In this document: in pieces, positions 20,304 through 29,112 of the stretch | How positions within the stretch are numbered: position 1 is the first letter of the stretch | How the letters are laid out: the number at the start of each line of letters is the position of its first letter | DNA from: a virus | Taxonomy: Duplodnaviria > Caudoviricetes | Virus record (IMG/VR): IMGVR_UViG_3300037336_000026 | Location: 1-58,437 of that record | Length of the DNA stretch: 58,437 bases | Reading direction: 5' to 3' (one strand) | Program-made: the position numbers and the translations under genes | The notes under the pieces: generated by a model | Seen by the model: the letters and a program-made list of their open reading frames with translations, nothing else | The model's database searches: none | Told to the model about the DNA's origin: nothing

Positions 20304-20987
20304 TTGAAAAGAAACGACAAACAACGCAATGAACGCATGGTAAGAGAAGACAAGTCTTTTCATTTCCAACCTAAAACTCTTAACCAACAAATGCTATTAG
20401 ATGCTATTAGTGAATTTGAAATCACAGTAGCGTTAGGGCCAGCTGGAACTGGTAAAACATTTTGCTCTGCTAGTAAAGTAGCTCAAATGTTTTTAAAAGG
20501 TGGTTATGATTATATTATATTAAGTAGGGCTAATGTACCTACTGGAAGATCATTAGGTGCATTTCCAGGGACTGTTGAAGAAAAACTAGCTCCTTGGTTA
20601 TTACCTATTACTTTTGTATTAGAAAAGAGATTTGGTAAAACTAAATATGATTATTTAGTAAGTAAGAAGGCAATTCAAATGCAACCATTAGAGACTATTA
20701 GAGGTAGATCCTTTGAAAACTCTTTAGTAATCATAGATGAGGCTCAGAACTTAACATTTGATGAAATCAAAGCTATTACTACTCGATTAGGTGAGAATTC
20801 TAAAATGATTTTATCTGGTGATGCGTCTCAATCAGATGTAAGTAATGGTAATGGTATTACTAAGTTTACTAAATTGTGTGAAAAGAATAATATTGAGATT
20901 CCAGTAATTCAATTTACAGTTAATGATGTTGTCCGTTCAGATATCGTTGGTGCCTTAGTTAAAATGTTTGTAAAAGAGAACGTATAA
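20304..20987 (+). CDS. phoH: PhoH-like ATPase
   Basis: GPAGTGKT, RGRSF, IIDEAQN, TRLGENSK, GDASQSD; TTG start. Confidence 0.93.
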   Translation: MKRNDKQRNERMVREDKSFHFQPKTLNQQMLLDAISEFEITVALGPAGTGKTFCSASKVAQMFLKGGYDYIILSRANVPTGRSLGAFPGTVEEKLAPWLLPITFVLEKRFGKTKYDYLVSKKAIQMQPLETIRGRSFENSLVIIDEAQNLTFDEIKAITTRLGENSKMILSGDASQSDVSNGNGITKFTKLCEKNNIEIPVIQFTVNDVVRSDIVGALVKMFVKENV

Positions 20988-21004
20988 ATAAATAAGGAGT
21001 AGTT

Positions 21005-22552
21005 ATGCCAACTAAACAAATCATGGAGTTAGGGAGGGGAGGTATTATTAAAGACTTACCTGCAGTATTACTTCCTGATAACGCATTTAGCGATGGGCTT
21101 AATATTAGATTCGATAATGAATCAGTAGAAACAATTACTGGTGAAATTGTAAGTAATACTTTAAATAGCTTCCAAGCTGACTATGGTTTCCATTGGAATA
21201 GACCAGACCAAGGGTACAATATATACTTAAAAGATGGTAATGCAATTAGAGTTGACTCTGCTAAGAACCAATCAAGTGTTATTGTATTAGGTTCTGGAGT
21301 AGATTATAATGATAGCGTTTGGCAATCAACTTATTTTAACGGCGGATATGCAGTTGTAATTAACAATGGAAGAACAACACCTAAGTATATGCTTTATGGT
21401 GACCTTAACTATAGTAATACCTTTGCGGAAATTCCAGGGTGGAACTATTTTGGAGGATTAGAAGTAACAGCTAGGGTAATTAAACCTTTAGGCTATTCTT
21501 TAGTTGCTGCCAATTTAACTATAAATGATAATGGTACTATTGTTAACGCCCCTTCAACTATTAGGATATCTGTTCAGGCAGTCACTGGTCAATTCCCTAG
21601 CACATGGGAACCCGGAACTACAACAGATACAGCAGATGAATTAGAGATTAACTGCTCTAGCCCTATCTTAGATATGGGAGAATTACGTGGTAATATGTAT
21701 ATATATTCTTCGGATAACATACACGTTCTCTCAATTAATACAGGTATAAGTAGGGTTCAACCTTATGCTATCGGATACGGAATCTTAAATACTAATTGTT
21801 TTGCCGAATTTGATGGTAAGCATTTTGTGGTAGATAAGAATGATATCTACACTCATTCAGGAAGTGGCGGGATACAATCAGTTGCCGATATGAGGATGAG
21901 AGATTACTTCTTCAGCAACCTTAATAGAGATCACTCAGATAAAGTGTTTGTAAAAAGAAATGCTAGGAATGACGAAATATGGGTATGTTATCCTAAGGGT
22001 TCCTCTTCTCTCTGCAATGAAGCTCTAATCTACCAATATAGAAATAACACATGGTCAATTAGAGAATTACCTAATGTAGTATCTATGTTTGAGGCTCCTG
22101 TTAATGAGTCTAATTTGTTTTCTTACTCTGACAATAGACTGCATATGTTGCTTGGCAACTATAAAGTGCTACAAGCAGATACCGGTTATGAAATGTGGAG
22201 TGGTTCTGATTTAGTCCCTTATGATTCTTATATAGCAAGGGAAAAGTTAAATTCAGGAGATACCTTAGGTAGTGTATATATTAGCGGTATAGCCCCTGTG
22301 TTTGACAACGTACCTGTGGATGCCTCAATAAATATTACAGTTACTGGTCAAAACAACTATGTGTCTAATGCTGACTGGTCAAATGTTTCGGGTAGGGATA
22401 CTTTAGAGTTTTTACCCAATGATGATTCTAGTCAAGGATATAAAGTTAATCCGAGAACTACTGGTAGATTATTAAATTACAAAATTAGTAGCGCTAGCTA
22501 TTGGAGATTAGCCTTGATAGGTATTGACGTAGCACCCGCTGATAGGAGATAA
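21005..22552 (+). CDS. tail nozzle / DNA stabilization protein (P22 gp10-like)
   Basis: 515 aa, beta-propeller-like, EIWVCYP...ALIYQYRNNTWS. Confidence 0.7.
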   Translation: MPTKQIMELGRGGIIKDLPAVLLPDNAFSDGLNIRFDNESVETITGEIVSNTLNSFQADYGFHWNRPDQGYNIYLKDGNAIRVDSAKNQSSVIVLGSGVDYNDSVWQSTYFNGGYAVVINNGRTTPKYMLYGDLNYSNTFAEIPGWNYFGGLEVTARVIKPLGYSLVAANLTINDNGTIVNAPSTIRISVQAVTGQFPSTWEPGTTTDTADELEINCSSPILDMGELRGNMYIYSSDNIHVLSINTGISRVQPYAIGYGILNTNCFAEFDGKHFVVDKNDIYTHSGSGGIQSVADMRMRDYFFSNLNRDHSDKVFVKRNARNDEIWVCYPKGSSSLCNEALIYQYRNNTWSIRELPNVVSMFEAPVNESNLFSYSDNRLHMLLGNYKVLQADTGYEMWSGSDLVPYDSYIAREKLNSGDTLGSVYISGIAPVFDNVPVDASINITVTGQNNYVSNADWSNVSGRDTLEFLPNDDSSQGYKVNPRTTGRLLNYKISSASYWRLALIGIDVAPADRR

Positions 22553-22553
22553 T

Positions 22554-24608
22554 ATGAGTTTAACACCACCATTAACAGGTAATGAAGATTTAGATTCATT
22601 CCTTTATAATATGACTATAAATGGGATAGGAGGGGGTAATTTAGAAGACAACATTGTTTATAATGATGATGGATCCTTTTCATTTTTATATAGATATTTA
22701 CATCTTAAGTTTGCAGATAATAATGTTGGTTTAAACTTATCTAATAGTCAAGTTAATAAATCATATTATGGTTTATATAATTTTTCTTCGCTAACCGAAT
22801 CTGACAAATCAGCTAACTATACTTGGTTTAAAACAGATGGTTTTGGTAATGATTATAAGCTGTGGTATAAATTATTAGGTGGTCGTAAAATTGAAATTAT
22901 TGTTTCAATATTAAGGCCAAACAATGATCCTAAGTATATTTTTGATGATAACAATTCTGCTATAGATTTAGATAATATTAAGGTTGAGGGTGAAGATATT
23001 GTTAATACTCCTGGCACTGTAGGGAAAATATTAGATATACTTGAAAACAATATTACTGAAAGCCAGCTGTTCGAAAGCCTTGGGAGCCGTATTGACTTAA
23101 TTGACGCGGATGCTACTGTTGTTGCATCAGTTAGCTACAGGCTACTCGAGGAAGCTAATGCTAGGTTAGCAGATATATCAGCAGAAGCTAATGCTAGAGC
23201 AGCAGCAATAGAAGAAGAACAAACAATAAGACAAACAGAAGACGAATCTTTAGCTGAATCTATAACATTATTAACAACTGCAGTAGATGATAATGTAGCA
23301 GCTATAGTAGTAGAACAAACAACTAGATCAAATGCTGATACAGCTTTAGCTACTAGTATTTCTACTCTAGTTACTGCAGTAGATGATAATGTAGCAGCTA
23401 TAGTAGTAGAACAAACAACTAGATCAAATGCTGATACAGCTTTAGCTACTAGTATTTCTACTCTAGTTACTGCAGTAGATGATAATGTAGCAGCTATAGT
23501 AGTAGAACAAACAACTAGATCAAATGCTGATACAGCTTTAGCTAGTAGTATTACAACTCTAGTTACTGCAGTAGATGATAATTCTTCTGCTATACAAACA
23601 GAACAAACAACTAGATCAAATTCTGATACAGCTTTAGCTAGTAGCATTACAACTCTACAATCAATAAGTAATAGTAATACAGTAGCTATTCAAACAGAGT
23701 CTAGCACTAGGTCTACTGAAACTGGAGAGTTGTTTGGAAAATACACTGTTAAGATTGATAACAACGGTTATGTATCTGGTTTTGGTTTAGCAAGTACGGC
23801 TAACAACTCGACACCTGTAAGTGACTTTCAAGTAAGAGCAGATAGATTTGCCATTACTTCTCCTGCTGGCCCAAGTATTAACCCATCAGTACCTTTTATT
23901 GTTTATACGACTAGCCAAAATATTACAACAGCATCGGGTGAAACTATTACAGTTGATCCAGGTGTATACATACGTAATGCTAGCATTGAGTATATTACGG
24001 CAGATCAAATTGATACCCGTGGGATAGCAGTTAGGGATGCTAATGGTACTACTATTTTCTCTGCTGGAACTCCCTTAGGATCTACTTATATTGCAGATGC
24101 AGCTATTACTAATTCTAAGATACGAGATGCAGCAATCACTAATTCTAAGATACAAGATGCAGCAATCACTAATGCTAAGATAGCCAATCTTTCTGTTGAT
24201 AATTCTAAAATAGTTGATGCCGCAATTACAACTGCCAAGATAGGGGTTGCTCAAATTGATACTTTACGTATTGGAGAAGACCAAGTTACGATACCAAGAG
24301 GTAGTTCTGCTTCTGGTTTTGGTGCAACGGTAACAATAACATTAGCTTACACGGCACCTGTGGCTTTAATAGCTACTTTTTATGGTCAACAAATTTCCGG
24401 CTTTGGACCAGTTATTAGGAGAGATGGAGTAGTTGTTGTACAGGGTTACTCAGCATCAAGTGGTGGTGTTAACCCTGTAATACCCATTACTATTACTGGA
24501 GTTGATAATCCTGGAGTAGGTACCTTTGTTTATACGGTAGATCGAGTTAGCTACGGCGGGGGAACAACCAGCTCCACCTCTCTTTTTGCGTTAGGAGCTA
24601 AACGATGA
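22554..24608 (+). CDS. tail fiber/tip protein with coiled-coil repeats
   Basis: YTVKIDNNGYVSGFGLAS..DFQVRADRFAI (tail-tip J-like C-terminal motif), DAAITNAKI repeats. Confidence 0.75.
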   Translation: MSLTPPLTGNEDLDSFLYNMTINGIGGGNLEDNIVYNDDGSFSFLYRYLHLKFADNNVGLNLSNSQVNKSYYGLYNFSSLTESDKSANYTWFKTDGFGNDYKLWYKLLGGRKIEIIVSILRPNNDPKYIFDDNNSAIDLDNIKVEGEDIVNTPGTVGKILDILENNITESQLFESLGSRIDLIDADATVVASVSYRLLEEANARLADISAEANARAAAIEEEQTIRQTEDESLAESITLLTTAVDDNVAAIVVEQTTRSNADTALATSISTLVTAVDDNVAAIVVEQTTRSNADTALATSISTLVTAVDDNVAAIVVEQTTRSNADTALASSITTLVTAVDDNSSAIQTEQTTRSNSDTALASSITTLQSISNSNTVAIQTESSTRSTETGELFGKYTVKIDNNGYVSGFGLASTANNSTPVSDFQVRADRFAITSPAGPSINPSVPFIVYTTSQNITTASGETITVDPGVYIRNASIEYITADQIDTRGIAVRDANGTTIFSAGTPLGSTYIADAAITNSKIRDAAITNSKIQDAAITNAKIANLSVDNSKIVDAAITTAKIGVAQIDTLRIGEDQVTIPRGSSASGFGATVTITLAYTAPVALIATFYGQQISGFGPVIRRDGVVVVQGYSASSGGVNPVIPITITGVDNPGVGTFVYTVDRVSYGGGTTSSTSLFALGAKR
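23277..23660 (+). repeat. 96-bp/32-aa tandem repeat x4
   Basis: units start at 23277, 23373, 23469 and 23565; first copies nucleotide-identical. Confidence 0.92.
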
Positions 24609-25039
24609 TTGAGTATAGTATATATAATGAAGTTACTGGGGAAATTATAGCAAATAATTTTTGTTCAGAAACTGATTTTTATAATCAGGGCATAAGAGAA
24701 GGTTTTAAAATTATATTAGGTAACCTACCTTACGACAAGTATTATATTGATACCTCAGATAACACACCTGTTGAAATACCTAGTAGGTCTAATAAGTACT
24801 TTTATTTTGATTATAGTACTAAATCTATAAAAATAGATGTTGACCTCTTAGCTCTAGATAGTAAAGAAAAAAGAGATTTATTACTATCAAGATCTGATTG
24901 GACGGACACACTCTCTGCTAAAGAACGATTAAGTAGCTACTCCTATCAAGAGTGGAAAGATTATAGGCAGGCGCTTAGGGATGTTCCTCAGCAAAAAAAC
25001 TTCCCAGAAAATATTATATGGCCAATTAAACCAGAATGA
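24605..25039 (+). CDS. tail fiber assembly chaperone-like protein
   Basis: RDLLLSRSDWT..W..YRQALRDVPQQ..FPENIIWPIKP. Confidence 0.8.
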   Translation: MIEYSIYNEVTGEIIANNFCSETDFYNQGIREGFKIILGNLPYDKYYIDTSDNTPVEIPSRSNKYFYFDYSTKSIKIDVDLLALDSKEKRDLLLSRSDWTDTLSAKERLSSYSYQEWKDYRQALRDVPQQKNFPENIIWPIKPE

Positions 25040-25473
25040 AAACAACACTAGTAAAGCCTGAACAGGCATTAGAGTACTGGCCTACTTTAGGCCCAATGCT
25101 GAAAGAATCATTGGATCATGGAGTGGGTGAATCTACTCTTACTGACTATATGCGTAAGATATTGTGTTATGATGCACAACTATGGGCATTTATGGATGAT
25201 GATAATAAATTAAAAGGGACTGGGTTAACTCAGTTCATTCAGTATTCTAATCACAAAACACTACATATCATTGCCTGCTCAGGTGTTGACTGGAATGAGT
25301 GGGCAGAACAATATTATGTTGTAGAACAATTTGCCAAAGACAATGGTTGTAAAGCTGTTGAGCAATGGGGTAGAAAAGGCTGGTCAAGAATACTACCAAA
25401 GGTAATCCCTGGGTTTCAGGTAGTGTATCATGTTATGAGAAAAGAAATTCAAGGAGATTTAAATGTCATTTAA
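25036..25473 (+). CDS. GNAT-fold-like virion assembly protein
   Basis: FAKDNGC..VEQWGRKGW motif; position before the ejection genes. Confidence 0.6.
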   Translation: MKTTLVKPEQALEYWPTLGPMLKESLDHGVGESTLTDYMRKILCYDAQLWAFMDDDNKLKGTGLTQFIQYSNHKTLHIIACSGVDWNEWAEQYYVVEQFAKDNGCKAVEQWGRKGWSRILPKVIPGFQVVYHVMRKEIQGDLNVI

Positions 25474-26161
25474 AAAATTAGAGGTTAGTAAGCGTTATGG
25501 TGGTGGTGGTGGCCCTACAGCGCCAACTGAAAATATACCTGAATGGATGAGGCCTTCCATTCAAAAAGTAGGAGCAGAGGCTGAAAAGCTATACGGTTCA
25601 GGTGCTCTTGATAATGTATCTGGGGTATCTGACTTACAAAATAAAGCATTTACTACCGGCGCTGAAGGTATTGAGCAGGCTACTACTGGTGGCTTATCTG
25701 CTCTACAAGAACAACAACAAAGACTAACAGGCTTAGCTACCACTCCTAGCGCAGAAGTATTAGCAGCTCAAAAGGCTGGTATTGTATCTGATGCTCAAAA
25801 AGAAGTGTCTGGGCTTAATACTAACTTTGGTCAAGCAGGTACTTTAGGTTCTGCTCGTCAAGCCGTTATGCAAGGTGCTCAGAACGCAGAAACTGTAGGG
25901 GCATTAGCCCAAGTAGATGCTGACTATGAGAACAAAATGTTTCAAAATAGGTTAGCCGCCGAACAAGCTCTTGGTGGCTCTGTTGGTGCTGCTGGTGATC
26001 TAGCTTCTAGTGGTGCTTCTGGTTTATCTAACTTAGGTGGTCAACAAAGATCTATTGATCAGCAAATTATTGATGCACCTTACCAAGGTCTTCAAAGATA
26101 CGCTTCAACTATTTATGGTAACCCCGCTAGACAACAAGCTGGTGCCAGCGGAGGTAAATAA
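25463..26161 (+). CDS. putative DNA ejection/pilot protein
   Basis: G/A/Q-rich, GGGGG N-terminus, ends in GGK. Confidence 0.65.
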   Translation: MSFKKLEVSKRYGGGGGPTAPTENIPEWMRPSIQKVGAEAEKLYGSGALDNVSGVSDLQNKAFTTGAEGIEQATTGGLSALQEQQQRLTGLATTPSAEVLAAQKAGIVSDAQKEVSGLNTNFGQAGTLGSARQAVMQGAQNAETVGALAQVDADYENKMFQNRLAAEQALGGSVGAAGDLASSGASGLSNLGGQQRSIDQQIIDAPYQGLQRYASTIYGNPARQQAGASGGK

Positions 26162-26163
26162 TT

Positions 26164-26682
26164 ATGGTCAGAGATCCTTGGGCATGGACCAAAGAAGATA
26201 AAAATAATTTCGGTAGTGTTGGTGGCCCTATGTCTGCTTCAATCCAACCATCTAACGAACAAGCACCTCCACCAGCAATGTCTACACCTGATCCTGTTGA
26301 TCAACAATTGACAAGTATGGCTCTTGGTAAGGGTATTGAGGTAACTGCTTCTGGTGTTAGTGGTGCATTAGGTTCAGGTACAGCTGCTGCAGAAGGTATG
26401 GCAACTGCTGTTGGTACTGGTGCTGCTTCAGGTGCTGGATCACAGGCTGCCATATTAGCCGCACAGAATGCAGGTATGGGAGCATTAGCTCCACAGGCTG
26501 CTGGTCTGACTGCTCAAGCATTAGGTGCAGGTACAGCCGCTACTACTGCAGCTACTACGGGTGCCGTTGCAACAGGTGCTGGTGCCCTAGGTGCTGGGGG
26601 GACCGCTGCTATGGCAGCACTAGGCCCTGTCGGTTGGACTATTGGTGGTCTTTTGCTTGCTAAAAAGTTTGGACTATTCTAA
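26164..26682 (+). CDS. putative ejection protein, Gly/Ala-rich with hydrophobic C-terminus
   Basis: composition and position. Confidence 0.6.
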   Translation: MVRDPWAWTKEDKNNFGSVGGPMSASIQPSNEQAPPPAMSTPDPVDQQLTSMALGKGIEVTASGVSGALGSGTAAAEGMATAVGTGAASGAGSQAAILAAQNAGMGALAPQAAGLTAQALGAGTAATTAATTGAVATGAGALGAGGTAAMAALGPVGWTIGGLLLAKKFGLF

Positions 26683-26692
26683 GGAGAATCAT

Positions 26693-29098
26693 ATGGATAA
26701 TATTGGACCGTTGTCTACACGACAACAGTTAGACGCTCTTAAGATAGAACAAGAAAGAGCAAAATTACTTAGGCAACAAGCCGAAGCACAAAGATCGGTT
26801 AATAAAATAACTGCAGAAGTACCTAAAGCAATTGAACCTGTTCCACAAGTACCTCAGACTTCTACTCAACCTTTTGATGATTCATTACTTGGTCATATGA
26901 TTAATCAAGAAAGTGGAGGATACCACAGAAACCCTAAGACAGGAGAACTAACAACGCCACCTGTTAAAAAAGGAGAAGTCCCACCTAAATACCCAGCTAA
27001 AGGTATTTTACAATGGAAAGGGGATTCAGCAGCACAACCGGGATATGGTACTACCCCCTTTGATGTTAACACAGCAGATGAGAATACCCAAATCAATGCC
27101 TCTAGACAATACATGACTGGACTTACAAAGGCCTTTGATGGTGATTTAGAAAAAGGATTAGCTGCTTATAATTTTGGCCCAGGAAATCTCAAAAAACATA
27201 TTGCAGCTAACGAAGCAAAGGGTTTAGATTGGAAGGTAGGATTACCAAAAGAAACAGCTAATTATGTCAGTAATATTATGGGTGAGTATTCTTCTGGAAA
27301 TCCTAATGTAGGATCTCAGGTACCTCCTGTTTATCGAGCTTCCATTAATCCAAGAGATACTATGAAAGTGCCGCCAGTAGGCCCGATAGATGAGACTAGT
27401 CTTGTTAGTGTACCTCCACAATCAATGCCTACTGAATTGGAAGTCCGAGCAGCACATCTAGATATCAGAGATAGTAGCAATCTTGTAAAGAGAGCTAAAG
27501 CTCAGATGGTTATAGATAGAGCTAATGGTGTTGAATCATCTCCCGGAATGATTAGGGCTGCTACTTCCAACTTCTCTCCTCAACTACCTAGTACAATTAA
27601 ACCTATGACCGAAGGGGATAACTCTAGTGGTGGTATTGATGCAGCTGATGATCCAGAAGCTCAGGCATTTGCCCCTATCAGTACTAACAATCTCTTAGTA
27701 GTACCTCCATTACAAGATAATGCAGATCAAGTAACACCAGTTACAGTAGAGAGTGGGGTTGTACCACCTCTTGATGAAACAGATTTACCCCCACTGACAT
27801 CAACACAACAAAAGACTATAGATAGCCTAGGTGCTGCTGGTGGCACAGTAAACCCTGCGTCTATAGCTGACACCTTAGTAGGCGTAAGTGGTGACTCTAT
27901 TATAGGTGGCCCTAATTCAGGTAGCGAAGAAGACAAAGCTAAATTACCTGATACATTCTGGAAAGAGCTATCTAAATCATTTAAAGACTTATTTACAGAT
28001 AAAGAGTTTATTAGGTTTGGTATCTTGTTAGCCGGTGGTATGCTTACTGGTGGCTCATTCGGTGGTTCACTTAAGTACGCTGGTTTGTATGCTCTTCAAT
28101 CTGCTGATAAAAGAGAAGCCGTTACAGCTGCTGCTACAGTAACAGCTAAGGCTGCTGCTGCTAAAGACCTAAGTGATAGAGGGAATGCTATTGATAAGAG
28201 TCTCGCATCTGCCTTAGCTAATACAAGTATCCCTGATAATCAGAGGAACTTTGCACTTCAGCAAATGAGAAAGAATGATACTTTACCTTTGGAGCAACGT
28301 GTAGCTGCTAACTTAGCTCTCTTAGAAGGACTCAATTCACTAGCTACTAAAAAAGAGGGTTATAAACCAATACAAAGAGTGGTTGACGGGACAATTACAA
28401 ATCTATATAAAGACCTAGATAACGGTACATTCTCTACAAAAACAGAAGACGCTAAAGGTAATGTAAGCTTTACTGTTGTTCCTAATACACTAAGTGTTGA
28501 TGATTTTACAACCTTAAATAGTGACGTTAAAGGTGCAGTATCATCAATGGTTGGTGCTTTATTAGACCCTGAGCTAAAGAACGCAAACGATATTAAAGAT
28601 AATATTGCTCAACAAACTTTAGATACTACTACTCACATGACAACATATGGTAGTACTATTCAGGCTAGAGATGTAGCTCAGATGGCTAAGGTTGCTATGA
28701 ATACTGTTGGTACTTACAGAGCTGGAATGGACTACGCAGAATGGTCGTCTAAATATGTTGGTGCCTTGTACACTCAAGCTGCTGTTCGTATAGCCCCAAC
28801 TAGAAAAGAATTGTTTATGAATCCTGAAGGGCTCCCCTTATCAGCACCTGCTTATGCCAGAATTAGAACTGAGTTAGCTGGTGATAAGTTAGAACCGGGC
28901 CTTGCTAGACTAATAGGTGAGTACGAAAAATACCGTGACAATGCATCTACTACTAAGGTAGATATTACATTACCAAACAATGGTTCCTTAAAGGTGCCTA
29001 AGGATGTTGCAACATACTTAAATCAAAACAAAGCAGAAAGTCCGTTAACGGCGTATCTTCATTTGCGTAGTCTAGGTAAAGTAGGCAAAGTAAATTAA
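26693..29098 (+). CDS. internal virion protein with lytic transglycosylase (SLT) domain
   Basis: NQESGG, GILQW, LAAYNFGPGN, ETANYV motifs; ATG at 26693 after AAGGAG. Confidence 0.85.
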   Translation: MDNIGPLSTRQQLDALKIEQERAKLLRQQAEAQRSVNKITAEVPKAIEPVPQVPQTSTQPFDDSLLGHMINQESGGYHRNPKTGELTTPPVKKGEVPPKYPAKGILQWKGDSAAQPGYGTTPFDVNTADENTQINASRQYMTGLTKAFDGDLEKGLAAYNFGPGNLKKHIAANEAKGLDWKVGLPKETANYVSNIMGEYSSGNPNVGSQVPPVYRASINPRDTMKVPPVGPIDETSLVSVPPQSMPTELEVRAAHLDIRDSSNLVKRAKAQMVIDRANGVESSPGMIRAATSNFSPQLPSTIKPMTEGDNSSGGIDAADDPEAQAFAPISTNNLLVVPPLQDNADQVTPVTVESGVVPPLDETDLPPLTSTQQKTIDSLGAAGGTVNPASIADTLVGVSGDSIIGGPNSGSEEDKAKLPDTFWKELSKSFKDLFTDKEFIRFGILLAGGMLTGGSFGGSLKYAGLYALQSADKREAVTAAATVTAKAAAAKDLSDRGNAIDKSLASALANTSIPDNQRNFALQQMRKNDTLPLEQRVAANLALLEGLNSLATKKEGYKPIQRVVDGTITNLYKDLDNGTFSTKTEDAKGNVSFTVVPNTLSVDDFTTLNSDVKGAVSSMVGALLDPELKNANDIKDNIAQQTLDTTTHMTTYGSTIQARDVAQMAKVAMNTVGTYRAGMDYAEWSSKYVGALYTQAAVRIAPTRKELFMNPEGLPLSAPAYARIRTELAGDKLEPGLARLIGEYEKYRDNASTTKVDITLPNNGSLKVPKDVATYLNQNKAESPLTAYLHLRSLGKVGKVN

Positions 29099-29112
29099 AA
29101 AGAGAGGAACTT

